From positions 1 through 35,480 of the forward strand of contig JBOEGD010000029.1 in assembly GCA_050633245.1 (NCBI GenBank): a DNA stretch of 35,480 nucleotides. The letters are read 5' to 3'. Shown here in pieces: positions 17,269 through 26,741 of this stretch. Each line of letters starts with the position of its first letter. Positions within the stretch are counted from its first letter, which is position 1. This DNA comes from Calditrichia bacterium (lineage in GTDB: Bacteria; Calditrichota; Calditrichia; RBG-13-44-9; J075). Both the position numbers and the translations under genes were made by a program. The notes beneath the pieces were generated by a model. That model saw only the letters and a list, made by a program, of their open reading frames with translations, was not told the DNA's origin and did not search any database.

Positions 17269-18395
17269 TTCGTTTCTCCCGGAGGTTGTCTGAGCTCACG
17301 TGCACGAGCAATACCGCTATCAGTAAGCCCCCATAAGCCATAGTCACGCTGGGCAGCCATTCCTCTGCGAGATAATTCGCGAAGACAACGCTCAACCGCT
17401 GCCTGTCGCATATTCATAGTTTTAAGAACAGCCGAGGCATGAGCATGTTGAAGGTTACGATGCTGAAGTGCAAGTGCATATAAATCGAGTAGAACGGCGT
17501 CTATGTGAAAGTCATGGCGATTTCGCATTTGTCTTATCCAACGCCAGATGAGTCCTCTGTTCGGGGCCAGTAAGAGCGAGACAACAACGATTCCGCTAAT
17601 GAACAAGACGATGGTGGGCCCGGTCGGTAAATTGACGACAAGGCTGCTGGTTATTGCACCGCTAAGACCGGCAAGAGCACCGAAGAAAGCAGCGAGCAAA
17701 ACCATAACATGCAGCTTGTTTGTCCATTGTCTTGCTGCGGCAGCCGGAGCAACAACCATTGCACTCATTAAAACAACACCAACCATCTGCAAACCAATGA
17801 CAATGGCGATAACCAGAAGCGTCGTAAGAATCGCATCTACAATACGCATATTGAATCCAAGGCTGGCACCATAGTCTTCGTCAAAGCTAAGCAGCTTAAA
17901 CTCTTTCCAAAATATTGCGCAGCCCGTCAACACCACAATCCCGAAGATCAGCATTGTTCTAACATCTTCTGCCAGAACAGTTGCGGCCTGCCCAAACAGA
18001 AATTTTTCAAGCCCGGCCTGATTAGCATTTGGCAGCTTCTGAATATAGGTCAAGAGCACCAATCCAAACCCAAAGAAAACGGACAATACAATACCGAGTG
18101 CACTGTCGCCTTTTATGCGGGTATTGCGGACGATCATGACCATAACTAATGTTGCTACCCAGCCACTAAGCGCGGCGCCTATCAGTAGAATTAATGATGA
18201 CTTACTTCCGGTAAGCAAAAACGCAATGGCAATTCCCGGCAGCGCCGCATGTGAGATGGTGTCACCCAGTAGACTTTGCTTGCGCAAAACAGCAAACGAC
18301 CCAAGCGCCCCGCTGATAATCCCCAGCAGAATTGCCCCAAGTGCCACATTTCGCAAGGTATAATCCGTAAAGAAAAGTAATACCGTATCGATCAT
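17265..18395 (-). CDS. Mn/Fe/Zn ABC transporter permease (MntC/TroC-like) with a C-terminal DtxR-like extension
   Basis: [59 protein letters not shown]. Confidence 0.9.
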   Translation of the reverse strand: MIDTVLLFFTDYTLRNVALGAILLGIISGALGSFAVLRKQSLLGDTISHAALPGIAIAFLLTGSKSSLILLIGAALSGWVATLVMVMIVRNTRIKGDSALGIVLSVFFGFGLVLLTYIQKLPNANQAGLEKFLFGQAATVLAEDVRTMLIFGIVVLTGCAIFWKEFKLLSFDEDYGASLGFNMRIVDAILTTLLVIAIVIGLQMVGVVLMSAMVVAPAAAARQWTNKLHVMVLLAAFFGALAGLSGAITSSLVVNLPTGPTIVLFISGIVVVSLLLAPNRGLIWRWIRQMRNRHDFHIDAVLLDLYALALQHRNLQHAHASAVLKTMNMRQAAVERCLRELSRRGMAAQRDYGLWGLTDSGIARARELRQPPGETK

Positions 18396-19216
18396 TTCTT
18401 GCCGCCTCCGGTAGCGGCTTTGTGCTTATCAAGCTCCGGGTGCATAAACGATACGCGGCCGCCATAGGCGGTACGTAAGTTTTCCTCGGTAAAGACTTCT
18501 GCAACCGGACCGCAGGCAATACGTCGAACATTCAGCAAAAAAACCCAGTCGAAGTATTCGTTCACCGTTTGTAGATCGTGGTGTACGACAACAACTGTTT
18601 TCCCGTTCTCTCTTAGTTCACGAAGCAATGTAATGATCGCGCGCTCAGTTGTAGCATCAACACCTTGAAACGGCTCATCCATCAAATAGATTCGTGCTTC
18701 CTGCACCAATGCTCTCGCCAGAAAAGAACGCTGCTGCTGTCCACCGGAGAGTTCACTGATCTGGCGTTTAGCGTATGCATCCATGCCTACTTTCTGTAGT
18801 GCTTCCATTGCCATATTACGTTCAGATCGTCCCGGGCGTTTAAACCAGCCCAGTTCGCCATAGCGTCCCATCATAACCAAATCCAATACGGTCGTTGGAA
18901 AATCCCAGTCCACGCTTGTTCTCTGCGGAACATAGGCAACCTGCTTACGCTGCTTTTGATAAGGCTGTCCGTGAATCTCAACTCGACCGGCAACCGGGTC
19001 GATAAGCCCGAGCATTGCTTTTATTGCCGTCGTCTTACCCGCGCCATTTGGGCCAACAATTGCCATTAACACACCGGCTGGAATTTCCAAATCAATATCC
19101 CATAGCACTGGTTTTTCCCGGTAGGCGACTGTTAAGTCCTCTACGCGGATAGCAAATTCAGATTTGGCTATCGGTTTTTCCGATAGCGTTTTTTCAACAT
19201 CCACTTCAGTTTTCAT
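18392..19216 (-). CDS. Mn/Fe/Zn ABC transporter ATP-binding protein (MntB/TroB-like)
   Basis: Walker [28 protein letters not shown], Walker B YLMDEPF, VVHHDL. Confidence 0.95.
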   Translation of the reverse strand: MKTEVDVEKTLSEKPIAKSEFAIRVEDLTVAYREKPVLWDIDLEIPAGVLMAIVGPNGAGKTTAIKAMLGLIDPVAGRVEIHGQPYQKQRKQVAYVPQRTSVDWDFPTTVLDLVMMGRYGELGWFKRPGRSERNMAMEALQKVGMDAYAKRQISELSGGQQQRSFLARALVQEARIYLMDEPFQGVDATTERAIITLLRELRENGKTVVVVHHDLQTVNEYFDWVFLLNVRRIACGPVAEVFTEENLRTAYGGRVSFMHPELDKHKAATGGGKK

Positions 19217-19226
19217 AGCCGCACTC

Positions 19227-20168
19227 CTAAGATGCCAGACGTTTCTGTACCAACGCTCTTACAATCGTATTCACATTGTGTTTAACCATACCGAGATAGG
19301 TTCCCTCAGCAGTTCCGGGATTGCCCATTGCATCGGAGAACAAGCTCCCGCCGACAACAACCTCATGACCGCGCGAACGAACTGCAGCCTGCAAAGCTTC
19401 GATATAGCGCGGTGGTACAGAAGTTTCTACAAAGATTGCCGGAATCTTACGCTCTACGATAAACTTGGCAAGGTTTTGCACATCGGCAGCACCGGTTTCA
19501 GAAGCAGTGCTAATTCCCTGTAGTCCACGAACCTCGAAACCATAGGCATCACCAAAATATCCAAAGGCATCATGAGCAGTAACCAACACTCGCTGATCTT
19601 CCGGAACGGTTTGTAAAATTTTGGTAATTCGTTCATTCAGCTTCTCCAGCCTTTCACGATAGCGCAGGTGGTTTGCTTCATACACCTCGGCATGTTCAGG
19701 GTCGAATTCTTTTAGTTGCCTTGAGACATAGTCCACAGCCTTCATCCACAGAGACACGTCGAACCAGATATGAGGATCATTATTGCCTTGAAAAGCCTCT
19801 GAGCTGCGCAACAAATCTTGTGGAATCCCTTTAGCTACGGCAACTGTTTTAATACGGCTTTCCAGCTTTTCCAACACTTCGGCCATCTTGCCTTCCAAAT
19901 GAAGACCGTTGTAAAAAATAATGTCGGCGCTACTCAGGCGAGTCACATCGCCTTCGCTTGCCTTGTAAAGGTGCGGGTCGATTCCAGGCCCCATCAGTGA
20001 CGTTACTTCCAGGCGATTACCCCCAAGGTTAATAAGGATATCTCCTATCATACCGGTTGTTGCAACTACTTTTAATTGTCGTTTGCCTATTTCCTGAGCA
20101 TTTTGTTCCTGCTGCTTTCCGCAGCTCAACATCAACAATAGTATCAGGCCAAAGCCTATCAGCTTCAT
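19227..20168 (-). CDS. Mn/Zn ABC transporter substrate-binding lipoprotein (TroA/MntA-like)
   Basis: Lipobox MLSC; His3-Asp ligand set DPHLY, DPHIW, AHDAF, FSDA. Confidence 0.93.
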   Translation of the reverse strand: MKLIGFGLILLLMLSCGKQQEQNAQEIGKRQLKVVATTGMIGDILINLGGNRLEVTSLMGPGIDPHLYKASEGDVTRLSSADIIFYNGLHLEGKMAEVLEKLESRIKTVAVAKGIPQDLLRSSEAFQGNNDPHIWFDVSLWMKAVDYVSRQLKEFDPEHAEVYEANHLRYRERLEKLNERITKILQTVPEDQRVLVTAHDAFGYFGDAYGFEVRGLQGISTASETGAADVQNLAKFIVERKIPAIFVETSVPPRYIEALQAAVRSRGHEVVVGGSLFSDAMGNPGTAEGTYLGMVKHNVNTIVRALVQKRLAS

Positions 20169-20213
20169 AAATCACTCCTTCAGTTTTCAACGCGATCATT
20201 TCTGGATCGCCAT

Positions 20214-20876
20214 TTATTCTTCTTCTGTTAAACGCACAAAAATTTGCTCGGCAACTTTTCGTCCCAACGTAAAGACGTTATCGCCCAACTTCACTTCCAG
20301 TGGACCATCAAATGGTGCCACGTCAACAATCGCAAATTCTGCTTTTGGATATAGATTCCGTTCTCCCAAATAACGCAGCAACTCCGAATTGTGGTCACGC
20401 ACTTCAACGACAACTGCCTGCTGGCCTTTTGCTAACTCAGCAAGCGTTAGCGAAGGTGTGTCGACCATATTTCCATCTCTATCGGGAATCGGCGAGCCAT
20501 GTGGGTCGCGAGTGGGATGCCCTAACAAGGCATCGATGCGATCTTCAACATCCTCCGAAATAACATGTTCCCAGCGCTCAGCTTCCTCATGAACTTTGTC
20601 CCACGGTAATCCCAATGCTTCAGCCAGGAACAACTCAATCAAACGATGATGGCGCAATACCTCAAGGGCGACCTTGCGTCCGGAAGGTGACAACTCTACT
20701 CCCTGATAGCGTTCATACGTTATCAGATTCATCTCCGATAGCTTCTTGACCATTCCGGTAATGGATGCCGGAGCCAACTTTAGCCGCTTTGCCAAGGCAT
20801 TTGTAGACACCTTATTCGATTCGTCCTGAATCTCAAATATCGCTTTTAGATAATCTTCTATGACTTGGTTTTTCAC
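20214..20876 (-). CDS. DtxR/MntR-family metal-dependent repressor with a C-terminal FeoA domain (probably Mn-sensing)
   Basis: EDYLKAI, LAPASITGMVKKL, RHHRLIELFL, VHEEAERWEH, DPHGSPIP; GTG start with GAGG SD. Confidence 0.92.
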   Translation of the reverse strand: MKNQVIEDYLKAIFEIQDESNKVSTNALAKRLKLAPASITGMVKKLSEMNLITYERYQGVELSPSGRKVALEVLRHHRLIELFLAEALGLPWDKVHEEAERWEHVISEDVEDRIDALLGHPTRDPHGSPIPDRDGNMVDTPSLTLAELAKGQQAVVVEVRDHNSELLRYLGERNLYPKAEFAIVDVAPFDGPLEVKLGDNVFTLGRKVAEQIFVRLTEEE

Positions 20877-20894
20877 AGGCCTCTCTCAAAAAAA

Positions 20895-20910
20895 TTTAGG
20901 TATACCTAAA
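20895..20910. promoter_or_regulatory. DtxR/MntR/TroR-type operator
   Basis: Perfect palindrome TTTAGGTATACCTAAA between the promoter and the repressor start; matches the TTAGG-N4-CCTAA family box. Confidence 0.85.
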
Positions 20911-20920
20911 AATTATTTTT

Positions 20921-20949
20921 ATAATACAAAATATTTTTTTTAAATGCAA
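20921..20949 (-). promoter_or_regulatory. Sigma70-type promoter of the metal-uptake operon
   Basis: Minus strand TTGCAT-N17-TATTAT. Confidence 0.6.
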
Positions 20950-20979
20950 CAAAAAGAAGCTAAGGCGGCTTCTCTCTTC

Positions 20980-21008
20980 TTGACAATGCTGGTGGAAAAC
21001 ACTAAGTT
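20980..21008 (+). promoter_or_regulatory. Sigma70-type promoter of nadK
   Basis: TTGACA-N17-TAAGTT. Confidence 0.6.
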
Positions 21009-21067
21009 TTAACCTATCGTTTGGCTTCATGCGATATAGTTTCAAAGACTCTTACAAGGCAGGATTA

Positions 21068-21961
21068 ATGAGTAAAACCTTTGGCGTTACAGTTAACACA
21101 AAGAAGCAGCTTTTTGGGAATAAGCTCCCGGAGTTGCTACAGTGGTTTCGCGAAAACAAGGTGTCGGTTATTTTCGATGAAAATATCCCCACCGATTATG
21201 AAATAGATATAGCACCCTACGCAACACTGCCAAAATCTCGCCTGGTAAAAGAAGTTGATATGATTCTGGCATTCGGCGGAGACGGCACTATCCTGCATAC
21301 AGTTCAGATGATCAGAGAACTGGAAACCCCGATTTTAGGCATTAATGTGGGTGGGCTTGGTTTTATGACCGAGATAACCCTTGAAGAATTCTGTCATCGC
21401 TTTCATCCTATTATGGCAGGAGAATTTCGAATAGAAGACCGCCTAATGCTGAGGGGTGATATTGAGGGTGACGACAAACCGCTTTATGCGTTGAATGAAA
21501 TGGTTATCGAAAAAGGCAGTTCGGTCCGCGTTATACAGATACACACCGAAGTAAACGGCTGCTATCTAAACTCTTACGTTTCCGATGGATTGATTATCTC
21601 GACACCGACAGGATCGACCGGCTACTCACTGTCTTCGGGTGGGCCAGTCGTGGTTCCCGACAACAATGTGATGATTATTAATCCAATTTGCCCGCATTCA
21701 CTCACCAACAGACCAATTATTCTTTCGGCGATGTCTACCATTCGGGTTAAAACGCGCACCGAGCATCCGGAGTTTATTATTGCTGCAGATGGACAGGATT
21801 TACGGCACTGCAAAACCCGAACAGCTTTTCACATTAAGAGAGCAGAGTTTTCTGCGCGCCTGGTGAAGCCACTGGACAGCAATTTTTATACGCTGCTGCA
21901 CGATAAGCTGGATTGGGGCAAGGATCTACGCGACAAGAGTCGCTGGAGCCACGATTCCTAA
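21068..21961 (+). CDS. nadK: NAD(+) kinase
   Basis: GGDGT, GIN.GGLGF, ALNE, DGLIISTPTGSTGYSLSSGGP, PICPHSL..RP; ATG 21068 follows AGGA. Confidence 0.95.
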   Translation: MSKTFGVTVNTKKQLFGNKLPELLQWFRENKVSVIFDENIPTDYEIDIAPYATLPKSRLVKEVDMILAFGGDGTILHTVQMIRELETPILGINVGGLGFMTEITLEEFCHRFHPIMAGEFRIEDRLMLRGDIEGDDKPLYALNEMVIEKGSSVRVIQIHTEVNGCYLNSYVSDGLIISTPTGSTGYSLSSGGPVVVPDNNVMIINPICPHSLTNRPIILSAMSTIRVKTRTEHPEFIIAADGQDLRHCKTRTAFHIKRAEFSARLVKPLDSNFYTLLHDKLDWGKDLRDKSRWSHDS

Positions 21962-23031
21962 TGCTGTGGTTTGCACTACTCCTGCTTCTTATTCAGCTCG
22001 GTTTCACGTATTGGATTCAGCGCGGATTAAAAAAGATTGTTCAATCTCCCGCTTCTAACTCCACCAAACATAGCTTTTCCGTCATTATTGCCGCTCACAA
22101 CGAAGAGTTCGGCATTGCTGAGTTATTGCAACGGCTCTGCGAACAAACATATCCTCCCGGCAAATTTGAAGTTATTCTCGCCGCAGACCGATGCACTGAC
22201 CAGACAATCTCGATTGCCAAGCGATTTTCACAGCAGCTGAACCTCACCGTTTTAGACATTCAGGATGTGCCGTTAAAGGTATCGCCAAAGAAAAATGCCC
22301 TTGAACAGGCAATCAAAATCGCTGCACATGACCGCCTTCTTTTTCTGGATGCGGACGTCCTGCCGACGCAGCAACATATTGAAGTCTACAATTGCCATTT
22401 TGCTGTGGATGTAAATGCGGTAGTTGGCATTATGGCCTTCAACCCGGCACAGTCGTTTTGGCAGCGCTTTATTGTTTTTGAAAAGCTGGTCAGCTGGTGT
22501 ATTGCGGCGGCTGGTATTGCATCGGGGCAGGCGATTATTTCCTATGGCGGTAACTGGGGATATACCAGGAAAGCCTTCGATACAATTGACGGGTTCGATG
22601 ATATTCGCACCTCGCTGAGCGGTGACGACGATTTATTGCTCCAGCGTTTTAGTCGCTTGCCCGGTCGCATTGCATTTTGTCTCGACACCAATGGCTGGAT
22701 AACAATGGACTATCCGAAAACGTTCGGCGAGTTTCTACGTCAGCGTAGGCGTCATTTTTCCGCAGGAAAACGCTATCAGCCGCTTATTCAATTTGGTTAT
22801 CTGATGTATCATCTAAGCAACCTGCTGCTCTGGCTTTTGTGGATTATTTATCCTCCGGCAGTATTTGCATTGCTTATCAAATTGCTCGCAGACTCGATTG
22901 CGCTTTACAAGGGCGGTGTTGTTTTTAATCGCAAACAGCATGCGTTCACACTGCCAATTTTTCTGCTGCTATACCTGCTATACAACAGCCTGATAGGGCC
23001 ATTGGGGCATTTGGGGAAAATTCGCTGGTGA
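21961..23031 (+). CDS. Glycosyltransferase family 2 (membrane-associated)
   Basis: SVIIAAHNEE, D.CTD.T, KKNAL, FLDAD, SGDDDL, QRRRH; TAATG coupling to nadK. Confidence 0.88.
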   Translation: MLWFALLLLLIQLGFTYWIQRGLKKIVQSPASNSTKHSFSVIIAAHNEEFGIAELLQRLCEQTYPPGKFEVILAADRCTDQTISIAKRFSQQLNLTVLDIQDVPLKVSPKKNALEQAIKIAAHDRLLFLDADVLPTQQHIEVYNCHFAVDVNAVVGIMAFNPAQSFWQRFIVFEKLVSWCIAAAGIASGQAIISYGGNWGYTRKAFDTIDGFDDIRTSLSGDDDLLLQRFSRLPGRIAFCLDTNGWITMDYPKTFGEFLRQRRRHFSAGKRYQPLIQFGYLMYHLSNLLLWLLWIIYPPAVFALLIKLLADSIALYKGGVVFNRKQHAFTLPIFLLLYLLYNSLIGPLGHLGKIRW

Positions 23032-23045
23032 AAAGCCCGAAGATA

Positions 23046-23094
23046 CTGGAGCAGTTTTCAAAACTGCTCCAGCTTAGATTAAAAACTGCTACAA
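23046..23094. repeat. Perfect 27-bp palindrome plus a third half-site copy
   Basis: CTGGAGCAGTTTT-C-AAAACTGCTCCAG (23046-23072), then AAAACTGCTACAA again 22 bp downstream of the right arm start. Confidence 0.6.
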
Positions 23095-23165
23095 TTTATC
23101 AGAACTTCTGACGCGAATCCGAATATAAAAAGAAACCCCTTTTCTCTTTATAATTGGAATCGCAT

Positions 23166-26100
23166 ATGAAGACAATCGTTAAGACGACTCTTATTCTGCT
23201 GCTATCTATCTGCCTGCCGCAACTGCTAAGCGCGCAATCGGTAAAGAAAGTATTACCGCCAGCCAAGGATGGTCCTTCCGGTAATGCAATAGACGACTAC
23301 AGCATGTTTAACATCAACAATGTATCACTGCGTCTGTATGCCGACGGCAATATTAACAATGCACTTGACGCGAATAACAACAATTTACCAGCCGTTGTTT
23401 ATCCACGTGGTAAAACTTCGGTAATTTATTCCTCTGGACTAATCTGGGGAGGCAGAGTGTTAGATGGCGATTCAACCAAGCCTGCCATTCGCACAGGGGG
23501 CCAACGCTGGAGCGCCGCAACCATTCCCGGGCCGATTTTACAAAGCGGACCTGATCCGATACCGGGTGATCCGGACTTTCCAGTATATCGCATTCGGAGG
23601 GACTGGCAGTCGCTAACCGGCAGCAGCATAGAAATACTTCGCGATGCAGCAGATCTTTATGGAGTTGAACTTTCTGAGGTTACCCCACAGCAAGCGCAAC
23701 AGGTTCTGGATGATTACGTCCATGACTGGAATAACTGGCCGGTGCATCTGGGCGCACCATATGAAGACCTGAACAATAATGGCAGCTATGAACCCAGCAT
23801 CGACCGACCCGGCATTGCTCATGCCGACCAGGTACTCTGGACAGTGTGTAATGATTTAGATACATCCCGCTCAATTTGGATTTGGGGTTCTCCGCCAATT
23901 GGCCTCGAAATTCAAACAACAATTTGGGGTTACGCACGCCCAAACTCATCGCTGAATGAGATGATCTTTCAACGGTATCGTATTATCAACAAATCCGGAT
24001 TCCCCATTGACTCAATGTTCGTTGGCAAATGGACAGATGTCGACATAGGTAGTTTTAATGATGATCTCATTTCCAGCGACTCTTCCCGAGAAATGACATA
24101 CGGCTACAACGGTAAAAGCATCGACACTGACTTTGCCGCAGTAGGACTTGCCCCCGCAGCATTTGGCCATTCATTACTTCAAGGTCCGACAATTACAGCA
24201 TCTGAAGACTCCGCGACTATCGGTTTTCGACGCATTTCTGGATTCAAGAATCTTAACATTACCTCCTCGCAAGTCATTGCTGGATTTGGACAGGGCAAAC
24301 CACCATATGGATACGAGTTAACTGAAAAATGGTATAACGTATTGAACGGCTATGTGCCATCAAGCTTTTCATCCCCACCAATTCCATGGTATATAGGATC
24401 TGGTCCACAGCGTGGTTCGCCAACACATTTCCCGCTCAATGGCAATCCCGTAAACACACAAGGGGATGTTGATGGATACGGTGACAACCTACCTCCCGGC
24501 GACCGGCGTATGGGACTACACTCCGGTCCCTTCTCAATGCAGCCAGGAGATATGCAGGAAATCATTATTGCCGGTATCGGCGGCTTGGGCGGCACGCACC
24601 TGGAAAGCATTGTAAAGCTACGAGAGAACTATACAGTTGCACATGGACTGCAAAAATCGCTGTTTGAAGATATCCCCACTCGCGTAGACTTTCAAACAAG
24701 AGTAGATTACCTTAGCGAAACTTTCAGTCGCATTCGCTTTCGCGCAGTGAACTCCGACGCCACTGAAATGAGATTAACACTGCGCCAGCTCGGAGGGCAG
24801 GTACTCGCAGAGATGGATCTCTTTGACGATGGAAATCATAACGACGGCGCCGCTAATGACGGAGTTTGGGGTAACGATTATGTGATGCCGCCCTACCCGA
24901 TGGGACTATCGGCCGATCTGGACGTCACCTATGATGGATTTGATTTCTGTTGGGAAGGAATTGCTGAGAACATCAGCACCAGCGGCCCGGTAGAGGTAAC
25001 AAACTTTTTTATCGGCTCGGACAATCTGAACCGTGATGGCATTGTGAACCCCGGAGAAGACGTGCGCTATACCCTTGAGGTGAGCAATACCGGAGACTTT
25101 GACTATACAGCAGTAAACCTGATCCAGCTTTCCTCGCCCCAGCCTGATATAGTAGAAAATCTGAACATGCGCCTGCGCTATGAACCCCTTAAGGTCGAAA
25201 CGCTACCGGCCAACAGCAGCTTCAGCTGGCCGTATGATACAACATCGAATGCATATTTCTCTTTTCGCATCAATCCGGCCTATGCGGGGAACGATAGTAT
25301 TCAGCTGGTTTTCCGCTTTGCCGACACCAGCGGCAACGCTTGGCTGGATACGTTATCGGTTTTTGTAGAGCAGTATCAGAATCCGCCGCAGGACTATCTG
25401 ATGACTAAAACAGCTGGATCTGCTGAAGGCAATCTCGGTTATCGGGTGGTCGATCCGGCAGCGCTCACCGGTGACTCTTACAAAGTCAGCTTCAATGACA
25501 CAACACATTCTTACAAAGTTCAGTATGAAGTAAAAAATCTGAACACCGATTCTGTTTTAGCGAGTATGCAGGATTTTCCCGATGTACTCACCCATAATAC
25601 AAATCCGATAGATGGCTTTATTATCACACCCGGCACATTACCAAGGAGAACTGTAGTGGGGCCCTGGGAATGGTTTGGCGGCGAACGCTGGCTTACCGGG
25701 GTAAATTGGGGTGGCCAAACATTTTGGGGCGGTGCCTCCCTGGGGGGTGATTTCTTTGGAACCACTTTGGGAAGAGCCGATAGCAACTACAGCGAGGTTC
25801 GTATCGACTTCGATCCAAATATTACTACCAATGCCAACGTCTTTCGCCGCGATATGGGCTACTCACACGCTGGTCTCGGTACCTTTTACGGCGCAGCCTA
25901 TGATATTGAAGATCCGGCTAATCCGCGTCGCCTGAACATCGCCTTCGTAGAAGATGGAAGCCTGAAACCGGCAGACTTGATATGGAATCCGGACAGCATG
26001 AATTCCGGTGCGCGCGAATACCTGTTTATTATGGACAGCGATTACGATCCGATTGACGGCGGAGGCTATACTGAGACCGGTATTATTTTTGGCGGCACCC

Positions 26101-26540
26101 CTACTGTCTGGGGACTATGGACACAGCTTAAGAGAGGCTTTACCTTCCTTGAATCTTCAGGCTCATTGGAACTTTACCTAACTCGAGGCGCAGATTCCGG
26201 CACAACGTTCGAATTTACACCGGAATATTTTCTCGGCTCTGAAGAAGAAGAGCAGATCATACAAACATTTAATCTGGAACAGAACTATCCCAATCCGTTT
26301 AATCCAACCACATCCATTCGCTTTCAAATACCAAAGTCTGTCAAAACAACATTGACGATCTACAATGTACTTGGACAAAAAGTGAAGACGCTGGTGAACG
26401 ATAAACTGAGTGCCGGAAGCTATACGATGCGCTGGAAGGGTGTAAATGATTTCGGAAATACAGTGGGATCCGGCGTTTATTTTTATCGCATCGAAGCAGG
26501 GGATTTTGTAAAAACCAGGAAAATGCTACTGGTTAAGTGA
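23166..26540 (+). CDS. Large secreted protein with a T9SS type-A-like/FlgD-Ig C-terminal sorting domain
   Basis: Signal peptide; C-terminal F.LEQNYPNPFNPTTSIRF...IYNVLGQKVKTLV...G.Y...W.G....G..V.SGVYFYRI.......RKMLLVK; internal LFDDG.HNDG.ANDGVWG (choice-of-anchor X-like). Confidence 0.85.
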   Translation: MKTIVKTTLILLLSICLPQLLSAQSVKKVLPPAKDGPSGNAIDDYSMFNINNVSLRLYADGNINNALDANNNNLPAVVYPRGKTSVIYSSGLIWGGRVLDGDSTKPAIRTGGQRWSAATIPGPILQSGPDPIPGDPDFPVYRIRRDWQSLTGSSIEILRDAADLYGVELSEVTPQQAQQVLDDYVHDWNNWPVHLGAPYEDLNNNGSYEPSIDRPGIAHADQVLWTVCNDLDTSRSIWIWGSPPIGLEIQTTIWGYARPNSSLNEMIFQRYRIINKSGFPIDSMFVGKWTDVDIGSFNDDLISSDSSREMTYGYNGKSIDTDFAAVGLAPAAFGHSLLQGPTITASEDSATIGFRRISGFKNLNITSSQVIAGFGQGKPPYGYELTEKWYNVLNGYVPSSFSSPPIPWYIGSGPQRGSPTHFPLNGNPVNTQGDVDGYGDNLPPGDRRMGLHSGPFSMQPGDMQEIIIAGIGGLGGTHLESIVKLRENYTVAHGLQKSLFEDIPTRVDFQTRVDYLSETFSRIRFRAVNSDATEMRLTLRQLGGQVLAEMDLFDDGNHNDGAANDGVWGNDYVMPPYPMGLSADLDVTYDGFDFCWEGIAENISTSGPVEVTNFFIGSDNLNRDGIVNPGEDVRYTLEVSNTGDFDYTAVNLIQLSSPQPDIVENLNMRLRYEPLKVETLPANSSFSWPYDTTSNAYFSFRINPAYAGNDSIQLVFRFADTSGNAWLDTLSVFVEQYQNPPQDYLMTKTAGSAEGNLGYRVVDPAALTGDSYKVSFNDTTHSYKVQYEVKNLNTDSVLASMQDFPDVLTHNTNPIDGFIITPGTLPRRTVVGPWEWFGGERWLTGVNWGGQTFWGGASLGGDFFGTTLGRADSNYSEVRIDFDPNITTNANVFRRDMGYSHAGLGTFYGAAYDIEDPANPRRLNIAFVEDGSLKPADLIWNPDSMNSGAREYLFIMDSDYDPIDGGGYTETGIIFGGTPTVWGLWTQLKRGFTFLESSGSLELYLTRGADSGTTFEFTPEYFLGSEEEEQIIQTFNLEQNYPNPFNPTTSIRFQIPKSVKTTLTIYNVLGQKVKTLVNDKLSAGSYTMRWKGVNDFGNTVGSGVYFYRIEAGDFVKTRKMLLVK

Positions 26541-26565
26541 TGAATTATGAGTGATTATTGATGCG
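26538..26565 (+). repeat. Heptamer tract (TGATGAA-like), left member of an inverted pair
   Basis: TGATGAA TTATGAG TGATTAT TGATGCG beginning at the stop codon. Confidence 0.5.
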
Positions 26566-26617
26566 AATTACATGTTGAAACTGGTGGACTATTTTCGAGT
26601 AAAAATACAATGTTCTT

Positions 26618-26673
26618 CCCCTCGACTTCGCTCGGGGAACGTCGTACCCGCTCCCTGAGCGTAGCCGAAGGGG
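26618..26673. repeat. REP-like inverted doublet
   Basis: CCCCTCGACTTCGCTCGGGGAACG...CGCTCCCTGAGCGTAGCCGAAGGGG; the arms are near reverse complements. Confidence 0.7.
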
Positions 26674-26705
26674 CGGGAGTGATGCAGTCTGAGGCGAGCT
26701 GTTAA

Positions 26706-26733
26706 ATCATACATCATAACTCATCATTCATCA
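26706..26733 (-). repeat. Heptamer tract (TGATGAA-like on the minus strand), right member of an inverted pair
   Basis: Minus strand reads TGATGAA TGATGAG TTATGAT GTATGAT just after the cyclase stop. Confidence 0.55.
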
Positions 26734-26741
26734 GTAACAAA

